A stretch of 64,000 bases of DNA, from positions 23,808,001-23,872,000 of the forward strand of contig NW_027361825.1 of assembly GCF_039654945.1 (NCBI RefSeq), given 5' to 3'. Position 1 is the stretch's first letter. Every line of letters begins with the position of its first letter. This DNA is from Dendrobates tinctorius. Taxonomy: Eukaryota. The position numbers and the translations under genes are program-made. Below, one piece after another: positions 1-9,920 of the stretch. Below the pieces are notes generated by a model. That model had not been told where the DNA came from. It was given only the letters and a program-made list of their open reading frames with translations, and did no database searches.

Positions 1-2450
1 TGTCCAGCGAGTGGAATCTCATGGGCAATCCGCAACAACTCAGTTCTGAACTGATAGGGGACGACCAGCTGTCTTTCCCTCAACCACTCCTTTTTAGGAT
101 CTCCGGGTACTGTCTCCCGGTACAACCTTCCTCGTTCCCAGAACACCCTCTCCTTATCAGACTTGGAGGTGGGCGTCTCGGCGAGACCTCTCAATTTCTC
201 CAGGCTGGCATCTGAGTGCAGAGCAGCCTGGAACTCCATGCTGGAGGCTGCCAGAAGTGACGTCAGGGTACCTCCTTTACGGGGACCCTCTGGAAACGGC
301 TCTGGGTTCACCTCTGGTTCAGTCTCTCCTGTAGCAGCAGAGGGTCCAGAAGACAGTGCGTTACCTGCGATCTGGGCACTCTGACTGCGTGTGACAGCTG
401 CTATGTATGCTGTCTCCCTGGGGATTTCTACAGACCCACCAGCCGGTGCTGCCCTGGGCTCTCCCTCCCCATCCACCCCCAACACTTTAGGAGCAGTGCT
501 ACTTATGGGCCAGTTACCTTCCTCGGTGGCACTGGTCAGCTGCATGGCATTACCTTCCTCATGGTCCCCATGCACCTCCCCATTCTCTTGAGCACCGTTG
601 CTTGCTCCTGCCAGGGGTTCCTCAGCCGTCTCACTCCGCAGAGTGACGGGGCTGAGCACCTCGGTACCTGTGGACACATCTACCGTTTCAAAGAAAGGGT
701 TAACGTGTTCAGTCGGCACAGATACATCAACATCATCATTCCTAGGAAAAGAATGGTTATCAGTTTGCTTTGGTACATTCACATCAGCATCAGCATCATA
801 CCTTGGGAAAGAATGGTTGTTAGTTGCATCATTACTCATCAAGGTATTAGCAGGTAACACATTCAGTTTCCCATCATCAACATCATCAGGGTTAACGTTA
901 CCCTCATTATCAGTTTGGGGAAGGGTGTCAGGGACATAGTATGCAACCATCCTCCCCAAGTCAGTCCCCAATAAAACATCAGTGGGCAAATTTTCAGACA
1001 CTCCCACCTCCCTCAACCCGCTCCCGGCACCCCAATCAAGAAAAACTCGTGCCACTGGCAAGGGACAACGGGTGCCTCCAATCCCGGTGACAGTCAGGGT
1101 TTTCCCCTCAACAAACTCTTCAGGGGCCGCCAGTCCAGGACGGATGAGGGTTCGTTCAGCCCCGGTGTCCTTGAGGCCTGTAGCAAGACGGGCCCCCACC
1201 TGAACAGGTTGAACGTTGTCGTCAGCCCTCCCAACCACACCTCCCACCAAAAGAACAGAGGCGTTGGGCCCGGGGGCCTTGGCTGGGGGGTTCTTCGGCC
1301 TATTCGGACAGGTGTAAAAGAAGTGACCAGGCCGCTGGCAGTGGTGACACAGGCGACTGTCAGTAGCCGGCCTGCTGTTGGCAACAGGGACAGGGCCTCC
1401 GGAGGGACGGCTAGCTGGGGCATTGGGGTTGGTTGCTGGCTTACCCCCTTTCCAGCTGGTGGCGACTGGCCTCCGCGCCTCGGGCTTCCGGTTGGCCTCG
1501 TGGTTGTCGGCGATCTGCGCCGCTTTGTCCGCGTTCGTTGGTTCGCGGTCCAGGATGAACTGTCGGACCTCAGCTGGGCAGAGATGCAGGAACTGGTCTT
1601 TGATCATCAGGTCCCGTAGCTGCTCAAAGGTTTCAACGGACAGTCCATGGATCCACTGGTCAAAGTGGGTCCTGAGTCCTTGCACCACATCACTGTAGCT
1701 ATCATGTGGGCCACGTTGGAGGTGCCGGAACTTCTTTCGGTATACCTCAGGTGTCAGCCGGTATTTGGCGATCAGCGCCTGCTTTATGGCGTCATAGTCG
1801 TCATCGGCTTCTGGCGGAAGAGAAGCAAATGCCTCCAGGGCTTTGCCTTTTAGCCCTGGGGTCAAGTACCTTGCCCATTGGTCTCTAGGCAGCTGGTACT
1901 GTCTGCAGGCTTTCTCAAAGGCTCGCAGAAATGTGTCCAAGTCCCCATCCTTTTCCATCACGGGAAAATGCTCTGGCCGGGGTTTAGGAGTCTGGACGCT
2001 GCTGGGCTCACTGCTTCGGGCTGTGGGGGCATTCCCACCCCGCTGGAGTACCTCCAGTTCATGGGCCCTCTGCGCCTGGCGCTCGGCTCTCTCAGCCTCA
2101 GCTTGGCGCTCACGTTCGGCTTGGGCCTCCTGCCGATATTGCTGGATCAGCCTCACCCGCCCATCCCTGTCTTCGGCGGGGAGTTCGTCCAAGGCCATTT
2201 GCAGATAGGGGTCCACCCCGTTCTGGTTGAATGTGGGGCCAGCGCTCAGGAGTGGAGCCTCTGCTGCAGCCCCATGGCAACTTGGGCCAACTTCTGCGCT
2301 CGCTGGATTCTGGTCGTTGTCCAGCTGCACTAGAGCCGCGATCATTTGATCTTTGGTTCCGCCTGCGGCGTCTATGCCTCGGTACGTGCATAACCCAGCA
2401 AGGGTGTCCTTTTTCTGCTTCTGATACCACTCCACTGTCATCGCCGCCAT
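1..2450 (-). CDS. Gag-Pol polyprotein of a Gmr1-like Ty3/Gypsy LTR retrotransposon (runs off the window start)
   Basis: Manual minus-strand translation from ATG 2450 (GCAACCATGG) stays open to position 3. It reads: SAP-like N-terminus, capsid/SCAN-like region (DLDTFLRAFEKACRQYQLPRDQW...LMIKDQFL), CCHC knuckle CHHCQRPGHFFYTC, protease LKDTGA, then the integrase N-terminal zinc-binding start (LVVPYQFRTELLRIAHEIPLAG, with the last His codon cut by the window edge). Probably absent from the ORF track because it has no stop in the window. Confidence 0.9.
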   Translation of the reverse strand, partial: MAAMTVEWYQKQKKDTLAGLCTYRGIDAAGGTKDQMIAALVQLDNDQNPASAEVGPSCHGAAAEAPLLSAGPTFNQNGVDPYLQMALDELPAEDRDGRVRLIQQYRQEAQAERERQAEAERAERQAQRAHELEVLQRGGNAPTARSSEPSSVQTPKPRPEHFPVMEKDGDLDTFLRAFEKACRQYQLPRDQWARYLTPGLKGKALEAFASLPPEADDDYDAIKQALIAKYRLTPEVYRKKFRHLQRGPHDSYSDVVQGLRTHFDQWIHGLSVETFEQLRDLMIKDQFLHLCPAEVRQFILDREPTNADKAAQIADNHEANRKPEARRPVATSWKGGKPATNPNAPASRPSGGPVPVANSRPATDSRLCHHCQRPGHFFYTCPNRPKNPPAKAPGPNASVLLVGGVVGRADDNVQPVQVGARLATGLKDTGAERTLIRPGLAAPEEFVEGKTLTVTGIGGTRCPLPVARVFLDWGAGSGLREVGVSENLPTDVLLGTDLGRMVAYYVPDTLPQTDNEGNVNPDDVDDGKLNVLPANTLMSNDATNNHSFPRYDADADVNVPKQTDNHSFPRNDDVDVSVPTEHVNPFFETVDVSTGTEVLSPVTLRSETAEEPLAGASNGAQENGEVHGDHEEGNAMQLTSATEEGNWPISSTAPKVLGVDGEGEPRAAPAGGSVEIPRETAYIAAVTRSQSAQIAGNALSSGPSAATGETEPEVNPEPFPEGPRKGGTLTSLLAASSMEFQAALHSDASLEKLRGLAETPTSKSDKERVFWERGRLYRETVPGDPKKEWLRERQLVVPYQFRTELLRIAHEIPLAG

Positions 2451-2873
2451 GGTTGCCAAATAAAAGATAGAAAAAGAAAAACGAAGAAACGGGAGGGGGA
2501 TACTTGCAAGTACACACTAATGTCTCAGGACTAGTAACCACTGAGTCTGTTCTCCAAAACCTATGATGCAGGATTCCCGCAGGAACCGTGCAGGTCTTTA
2601 GTGAGAGGAATGATTGCTCAAACCAAATCACTAATGCTCTAGGATTATCCCACCGCTCTGCCACCAATATGTGACGAACAGCCCACCGCCGTTCGTCCAC
2701 TTACGGGCGACGACTAACGGGGGTCCCGCTGCCACCAAAACGCGACGGACAGCGGACCCTGTGTCACCACTCTGTCACAATCCCACCACTGACACCGGTG
2801 TATCAGCGGACGGAGGGACCTGACACAATGCCGGCACACGGCTATCACAGGCGCAGTGGGGCTTATCTTAGTT

Positions 2874-2891
2874 ATCCCACCACTGGCACCA
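2874..2891 (-). other. Primer binding site, tRNA-Leu type
   Basis: Minus strand TGGTGCCAGTGGTGGGAT directly after ...TGTCACA; near-complement of the tRNA-Leu 3' end (ATCCCACCACTGCCACCA). Confidence 0.75.
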
Positions 2892-4666
2892 TGTGACAAA
2901 AATATCCAGCAAGCTAATCTCGCTCTACAATTTGCCGCAGGGGGAGTTTAATTTGGATGCCCCACCCTGCTATCAATCTTCCAAGTACTGCGGGGATTTG
3001 TGTATATCCCACTTTCTCAGTTCCACTTTGGAACTCACAGCTCTCCGGCGCCCCCCTTACCCTCAGGTCAGTCAGGGAACTGCACCTAGGATAATTGGTC
3101 GCCGGACGGGCTGCCTGTTGTGAACCGGCAATTAGGCTTCTGCAGTAAGGGAATTATCAATGCTGTGGCCGCAGACCCCTATTCAGCAATATAAGACCCT
3201 TCTGTACTGCCAGCAAGCCGTAATAGCCGTACACAACGCGCTGCCACCAGTCACGGTTACTTAATTCACAGTGTTAAATTAAGAGGGTCCGTGGCAAACC
3301 CTTTGAATTAGTAGCGATTATCTAACAAAGGCGTATAGTTCGATTCTTAGAGCATGGAGACAGATCTAAATAATTTCATTTATTTTCCGAAAGAGGACAG
3401 TGATTACAGATAAAAGTTGCTATAAAATTGAGACATAAAATATGTACAGTACAGGTATAAAATAAAAGTGGAGAAAACAAAGAGATTGCACTCACAGTTC
3501 CATATTGTTCCTTAGGCGGACCATGCGGCTAAGGTGGGTGGAGGCGGAGCTGCACTTCTCCGCTCATCTGAGTTCTTGTCAGCACGGACTCTGCAGCTGT
3601 TCTGAGCTGGTTTGCCCAGGAAATGCCTTATAGACTTTCCTATGTGACATCACAGAGAGGTGCATTCTGGGTTGATCCCACCTCTCTTATCCAAGTTATG
3701 TTTTGGATACAAAACTTAGATTAGCTATAACTTTATGGGAGAAGCTGGTATGGACTCATCAGTGGTATCATGTTTCCCAGCGTAATGAGCCCATCAAGAA
3801 AACATCAAACATCTATGCGATATGACCGTCTATTTGGGCGCAAATCCTATCTCATGTTCTGGACAGGGTAGAACTTCGAAACATACGCGGTCTCGAAGCT
3901 GGGACCGCTCAGGTTACAAAAATATGATTTTCATATCTCTAGGGTATTTGGTTCTTATGGTATAGTCTCTCATAGTTTTATTCGTTTCAAACAAAGAAGT
4001 TTAGTTCCCGCACTTTTTCCTCTTTCAGCTGAGAGAAGCCAAATGGTGTGAGGAAGATGGTCTAGCTAATTAACATTCCTGCTCTTCCAGAGGAAGTGGC
4101 AGGGTTGGTAAAACCTGGGGGGGAAGGAATTCCTACTACTGACAGTTTACAATGTCCTAGGATGGAGGATTTGTTAGCACATTGCAACAGAAAACATATC
4201 TTGCAGATATTATACATCACAAACAGTAAAAAAATAAATAAAGTAAAGTAAAATAAAGAAACTCAACCCCAAAATTTTTATTTCTATATTTGCTGTGCAA
4301 AAAAAAAAAAAAAAAAACACAAAGCAATTTACAAAAACCTCCAAATAAGATTAAGGACGGGTTGCAGCAGGAAATATGTAACGGCTGTTTTGCACGACTT
4401 CTCAGGGAACTTTTCAGGTGTGTGGTTGAGAAATCGCTCTCCTGCTTGGAATCTGCTGTAGTTTGGAGATCACCTGGAAATTAACTCTCTTCCTATCAAA
4501 GCTCAGGTGAGTTTGCCCTTATAAATTAAGGCAAATGGAAAAGAGCACGGCTGCAGTGTAAAGCATGGGGGCAGTGTGACTCTGAGCCTCTGATGAGCCA
4601 GATAAAGGATTTCAGACAATCTCAGGATATAACTACGTGATTACACATGAAAAATGAGGAACGCAC

Positions 4667-4749
4667 CTTAATAAAAGTTATTCCCACCACCAGACCGCGC
4701 TTAGGAGGCGACTTGCTGAAGGAATCAATGGAGACAATCTCGGCATCGA
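4667..4749 (-). CDS. kptn: Kaptin (KICSTOR subunit) exon 2
   Basis: 83-bp AG/GT-bounded exon encoding (V)[27 protein letters not shown], near-identical to human KPTN; phase matches exon 1. Confidence 0.95.
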
Positions 4750-4897
4750 CTGGAAAAAAAAGGAGAAAACAACTAAAAACAAAACTTTTTCTGTACACAG
4801 CCCCAATGCATCGTTACCGGCTGTCAGGTGTTACAAAGGAATCTGATCGTGGACACGCCCCCTCCCAGGTACAATGACAAGCCACGCCCCCTCGCAC

Positions 4898-5120
4898 CTG
4901 GGATGTAGGTGAACTGCAGCTCCCGGGCCCCGGCGCGGACCTTGTCCCGCAGCTCCTGGTACTTGAAACTGGTGACTTTACCCTTCAAGGTGGCGGCCAG
5001 CAGTTCGTGTCCGCCGCCTCCTCCCGCACACGGCAGCACCGAGAGACCGTACACATTGCTCTGGGAAGGAAACCGGCTGAAAGTATCTTCTGTAAGAGGG
5101 CAGAAGCAGGCGCCGGACAT
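4898..5120 (-). CDS. kptn: Kaptin (KICSTOR subunit) exon 1
   Basis: [26 protein letters not shown]...[11 protein letters not shown]...ELQFTYIP matches the human KPTN N-terminus; phase-1 donor GTGCGA at 4897. Confidence 0.95.
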
Positions 5121-5230
5121 GACCAGAAGTGACGTGCTTTACCCACAGCTGCCAGCTGTAAAGATGGCGGATAGTCACTTCCGGTCTTAATTTGTTGATC
5201 GGCCAGTCTAGGTGACGTCATCATTCTTGT
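5121..5230. promoter_or_regulatory. kptn proximal promoter (YY1, ETS/GABP and CRE motifs)
   Basis: AAGATGGCGG 5161-5170, CACTTCCGGT 5176-5185 and TGACGTCA 5213-5220 just upstream of the kptn ATG. Confidence 0.7.
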
Positions 5231-5544
5231 TGCTTTGGGCAGTGTAAGGAGTAAAAACCTCTGTAGTCAGGGAGGGTGGTGATTATTTGGGGGCAAAGGT
5301 ACTAAAATATCCCACCTCCATGACCATTATGCATTTTAGCATTAATTGCACTTGAGACCTGTACCTCACCTTTGTGGGAGCTCAAGTTATAATGTACTAT
5401 GCAGAGACTCAAACTCTTGCTGAAAGGTGGCCTATCCCTGCTTACAGAGTACCTCATATAACACCCATGTTTGACCCTTTGGGGCCTGACCCCCGGGACA
5501 CGCACTGATTACAGCAGGAGGGGTTTGCAGGATAGATGTAGCAG

Positions 5545-6520
5545 AGCTATGTGTGTACGGAGCGGAGCCGCGTGTGTACGAGGTGTACGGAGCGGAGCCG
5601 CGTGTGTACGGAGCAGAGCCGTGTGTGTACGAGGTCACATAGCGGAGATGTGAACGGGGTGTACGGAACGAAGCAGCATGTGTACGAGGTGTACATAGCG
5701 GAGATGTGTACGGAGCGGAGCCGCGTGTGTACGAGGTGTACGGAGCGGAGCCGTGTGTGTACGAGGTGTACATAGCGGAGATGTGAACGGGGTGTACGGA
5801 GCGAAGCCGCGTGTGTACGAGGTGTACGGAGAGGAGCCGCGTGTGTATGAGGTGTACATAGTGAAGATGTGTACGGGGTGTACGGAGCGGAGCCGCGTGT
5901 GTACGAGGTGTACATAGTGAAGATGTGTACGGGGTGTACGGAGAGGAGCCGCGTGTGTATGAGGTGTACATAGTGAAGATGTGTACGGAGAGGAGCCGTG
6001 TGTGTACAAGGTGTACATAGTGAAGATGTGTACGGAGCAGAGCCGTGTGTGTACGAGGTGTACATAGCGGAGATGTGAACGGGGTGTACGGAGCGGAGCC
6101 GCATGTGTACGAGGTGTACGGAGAGGAGCCGTGTGTGTATGAGGTGTACGGAGCGGAGCCGCGTGTGTACGAGGTGTTCGGAGAGGAGCCGCGTGTGTAC
6201 GAGGTGTACATAGTGAAGATGTGTACGGGGTGTACGGAGCGGAGCCGCGTGTGTACGAGGTGTACGGAGCGGAGCCGCGTGTGTACGAGGTGTACGGAGC
6301 AGAGCCGTGTGTGTACGAGGTGTACATAGCGGAGATGTGAACGGGGTGTACGGAGCGGAGCCGCATGTGTACGAGGTGTACAGAGAGGAGCCGCGTGTGT
6401 ATGAGGTGTTCGGAACGGAGCCGCGTGTGTATGAGGTGTTCGGAACGGAGCCGCGTGTGTATGAGGTGTTCGGAACGGAGCCGCGTGTACGAGGGATGAG
6501 CAGAGCCAAGTGTGTACGAA
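5545..6520. repeat. Minisatellite with ~30-bp unit (GTGTACGGAGCGGAGCCGCGTGTGTACGAG) and variant units
   Basis: Directly visible tandem units, interspersed with GTGTACATAGCGGAGATGTGAACGGG-type variants. Confidence 0.95.
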
Positions 6521-6837
6521 GCATGCAAAGCGGGCTTTTCCCACAGACACAGGAGTACACGGCAGAGTCCCGAGGAGCATTTTAAAACTCGCACATGACG
6601 TTCCACCTGAAGTGATGTGCTGGAAGCTGACCGGAAATGAGATAATTTCATGAGGAGATTGTGACTGAACTAGGAATGCTTCAGATCCATCACCATGTCC
6701 TCCGACAGCGCAGACAGCAGGATCGCCTTGGAATCGGGGATGCCGGCCATGTGAGTGGATCATGATATGTCCTGCATCGGGAGGCTCAGTTGGTCACTAC
6801 AATGGGAGCCGGGCTGCTATAGTATCTTTATAGAATA

Positions 6838-7110
6838 TTTCTTTATTTCTTTCTCTCTGTTTCTTTCTCTGTTCTTTCTCATTCTCTGTTCTGTCTCTCC
6901 CTCATTTTCGCTCTCTCTCTCTCTGTTCTTTCCCCTCTTTCTTTCTTTTTCTTTCCTCTTTCTTTCTCTCTGTTCTTTCTTTCTTTTCTTTCTTTTTCTC
7001 TCTGTCTCTGTTCTTTCTTTCCCCTCTTTATTTCTCTCTCTGTTCTTTATTTCTCTCTCGCTCTCCTTTCTTTCTCTTTTCTTTTTTCTCTCTCTGTTTT
7101 CTCTCTTCCT
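6838..7110. repeat. CT-rich low-complexity tract
   Basis: Almost pure pyrimidine tract on the + strand. Confidence 0.9.
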
Positions 7111-7488
7111 TAGTGCCAGTCAGTGTGCCCATAATGCCAGCCACTGTGCCCTCAGTACCAGTCAGTGTGATCAGCAGTGCTAAATGGGTGCGGTTGGGCG
7201 TGGACATGGGTGTGACTAGTTGTGAAATGGGAGTGGCCTAAAATTTGCAACTGCGCACGCCGCAGTCTTTCTCCCTCTTTCCCTTCTTCAAAAGTTGGGA
7301 GGTATGATAGGGGCGGCTATGACCAGGGGGTCTGGTTGCCCAATGGATAGCAGTTCTGCCAGGAATTCTGTCACCGTGCGTACAAAAGGGGACAGAGCTT
7401 TGGGAGGAGTACTGTACCTAAAAGCAATAAATAGGACTGAGCTGAAATACTGGGCACAGCTCTGACTACATGTTATAGAGTCGTGTTA

Positions 7489-7850
7489 GGCTAAGTGCAC
7501 ACGTTGCAGAACATTTCTGCACAAAAACCTGAATCCCTTCCCAGAAACCGCACCTATTTTTCTGCGGCGGTTTTTGTGCGTTTTTTGCGCGTTTTTGATG
7601 CGTTTTTTACCGCAGCGGTTTCTAAAAGCATGGGAGAAGCCTAAACCGCGGAAAAAAACGCAAAATTAATGAGCATGCTGCGGTTTTTACCGCGATGCGG
7701 TTTTTTCACGGTAAAAAACGCATCAATGTGCACAAAAAGTGCAAAATGCATAGAAATGACTGTGCACCTTATTTTTAGCGGTTTTATAGCAGTTTTATAG
7801 TGAAAACCGCGGTAAAAACCGCTAAAAAACCGCAGTGTGTGAACACAGCC
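7489..7850. mobile_element. PIF/Harbinger-type MITE
   Basis: TTA flanks; termini GGCTAAGTGCACAC...GTGTGAACACAGCC; internally palindromic. Confidence 0.75.
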
Positions 7851-8324
7851 TTAATCTCCTCTCACTTCTTGTAACCTACAAGTGTACAAAAATATTATAT
7901 AGTCACCATGTGACTAGTGGCCCTGTGTAACTTCAAATGCCAGGGCTGAATTTTAGTCCCAGTCTGGCCTTGTGGATGTTGCATACACACAGTATGTGGC
8001 ACAAACACTGTATTTTACACACACATGTAGACACACAGCACAAACACATGTATACAGAGCATATACATATATACACACACACTACCGTTCAAAAGTTTAG
8101 GGTCACTTAGAAATTTCCTTATTTTTGAAAGCACGTTTTTTTCCAATGAAGCTAACATTAAATGATTCAGAAATACACTCTATACATTGTTAATGTGGTA
8201 AATGACTATCCTAGCTGCAAACGCCTGGTTTGTAATGCAATATCTTCATAGGTGTATAGAGGCACATTTCCAACAACCATCACTCCAGTGTTCTTATGGT
8301 ACTTTGTGTTTGCTAACTGTGTAA

Positions 8325-8680
8325 GGCTAGTTTCACACTAGTGTGTGGCCGAGCTACAGAGGGATGCGTACTTTCGCCGTGAAGCTCCACCCACGGCTGC
8401 ACCTCCTCCGTGAAGCTCCGCCTACGTCAGCATGCGGCCTGCGTAACTTATCTTTAGCGCCGAACGCAACGAGTTGCATTTTGGTGAGTTCGCTGCACCG
8501 TCCAAACGACGCATGTGGAAGCATCCGCATACATCGGCACAGCCTGCATATCCAATGCTAAAGATAGCGTACGCAGGCCGCATGCCGACGTAGGCCGAGC
8601 TGACCAGAGGAGGTGTGGCCATGGGCGGATCTTCACGGAGGAAGTCCGCAGCTTGGCCATACGCTAGTGTGAAACTAGCT
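8325..8680. mobile_element. Harbinger-type MITE nested in Tc1
   Basis: TAA TSD; TIR GGCTAGTTTCACACTAG...CTAGTGTGAAACTAGC(T). Confidence 0.8.
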
Positions 8681-8683
8681 TAA

Positions 8684-9142
8684 AGGGAATCTGTCACCAG
8701 AAGTTGCAGGCCTATGTAAATGGCCTGGGTCGGGTTCGATGGGCGATATTTCTTCTTTTTTCTCCACCCCATCAGTGACCCCCGTCTGCGCTCTTCTCAG
8801 GTATTCTTCTTTTTGTGCACGCGCAGTATGCTTTGCCCAACTGCGGGCAAAGCCAAAAATCATTACTGCGCATGCGCCGGTACACTATGTCCCGGAAGTA
8901 TTTCGCTGTGTTCTTGGACATAGTGTACCAATGCATGCGCAGTAATGATTTTCAGCTTTGCCCACAGCTTGGCAAAGCATACTGCGCGTGCGCGAAGCAA
9001 GATTGCTTTGTGCACACGCGAACGATGGAGAAGAGCGCGGACGGGCGCCACGGATGGGGTGGAGAAAAAAGAAGAAACACTGCCCATCGGATTGGACCCA
9101 GGCCATTTACATAGGCCTGCAACTTCCGGTGACAGATTCCCT
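8684..9142. mobile_element. Kolobok/T2-type palindromic MITE
   Basis: TTAA TSD; TIR AGGGAATCTGTCACC...GGTGACAGATTCCCT; near-complete fold-back. Confidence 0.85.
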
Positions 9143-9920
9143 TTAAGAAGGCTAATGGATGGATAGAATACCCTTGAAAACCCTTGTGTAAGTATGTTAG
9201 CACAGCTGAAAGCAGTTTGGCTGATTAGAGAAGCTATAAACCTGACCTTACTTTGAGCTAGTTGAGAAACTGGAGCATTACATTTGTTGGTTCCATTAAA
9301 CTCTCAAAATGGCCAGGAAAAAAAGAAGTTTCATGGGAAACTCGACAGTCTATTCTTGTTCTTAGAAATGGAGGGTGATTCCATGCGAGAAATTGTCAAG
9401 AAACTGAAGACTTCCTATAAAGGTGTGTACTGCTCCCTTCAGAGGAGAGCACAAACAGGCTCTAACCAGAGTAGAAAGAGAAGTGGGAGGCACCGCTGCA
9501 CAACTGAACAGCAAGACAAGTACATTAGAGTCTGTAGTTTGAGAAATCGACGCTTCACAGGTCTTCAACTGGCAGCTTCATTAAATAGTACATTCAAAAC
9601 GCCAGTGTCAGCGTCTACAGTGAAGAGGCGACTCCGGGATGCTGGTCTTCAGGGCAGAGTGGCAAAGAAAAAGCCATATCTGAGACTGGCTAATAAAAGG
9701 AAAAGATTAATATGGGCAAAAGAACACAGACATTGGACAGAGAAAGATTGGAAAAAAGTGTTATGGACAGACAAATCCAAGTTTGAGGTGTTTGGATCAC
9801 ACAGAAGAACATTTGTGAGACGAAGAACAACTGAAAGGATGCTGGAAGAGTGTCTGACACCATCTGTCAAGCACGGTCAGGTACGGACTGGGACTGAAAT
9901 TCAGCCCTGCCATTTGAAAT

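Larger units (their letters stand above)
1..4221 (-). mobile_element. Gmr1-like Gypsy LTR retrotransposon, 5' part, in kptn intron 2
   Basis: 5' LTR approx. 2892-4221 (minus strand TGTGATG...TGTCACA; could extend to 2670), tRNA-Leu-type PBS motifs at 2647-2891, gag-pol ORF from 2450. Confidence 0.85.
8080..9877 (+). mobile_element. Tc1/mariner transposon, 3'-truncated, interrupted by two MITEs
   Basis: Left TIR CACTACCGTTCAAAAGTTT at ~8080. Transposase remnant ~9308-9877 (SGRHRCTT, TVKRRL, KKPYL, WKKVLWTDKSKFE) stops before the second catalytic D. Confidence 0.85.

Noticed and set aside
21-2470. Numerous + strand ORFs
   Set aside because: Antisense shadows of the minus-strand gag-pol ORF.
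2647-2891. tRNA genes
   Set aside because: Only 12-20 nt 3'-end matches, mostly including CCA; no cloverleaf or A/B boxes, so these are PBS-type motifs.
5432-6763. Long ORFs of 443, 337 and 338 aa; superficially CRISPR-like periodicity
   Set aside because: They translate a tandem minisatellite; there are no unique spacers or cas genes, and the DNA is eukaryotic.
6755-7183. Hydrophobic F/L/S-rich 142-aa ORF resembling a membrane protein
   Set aside because: Artefact of the CT-rich tract.
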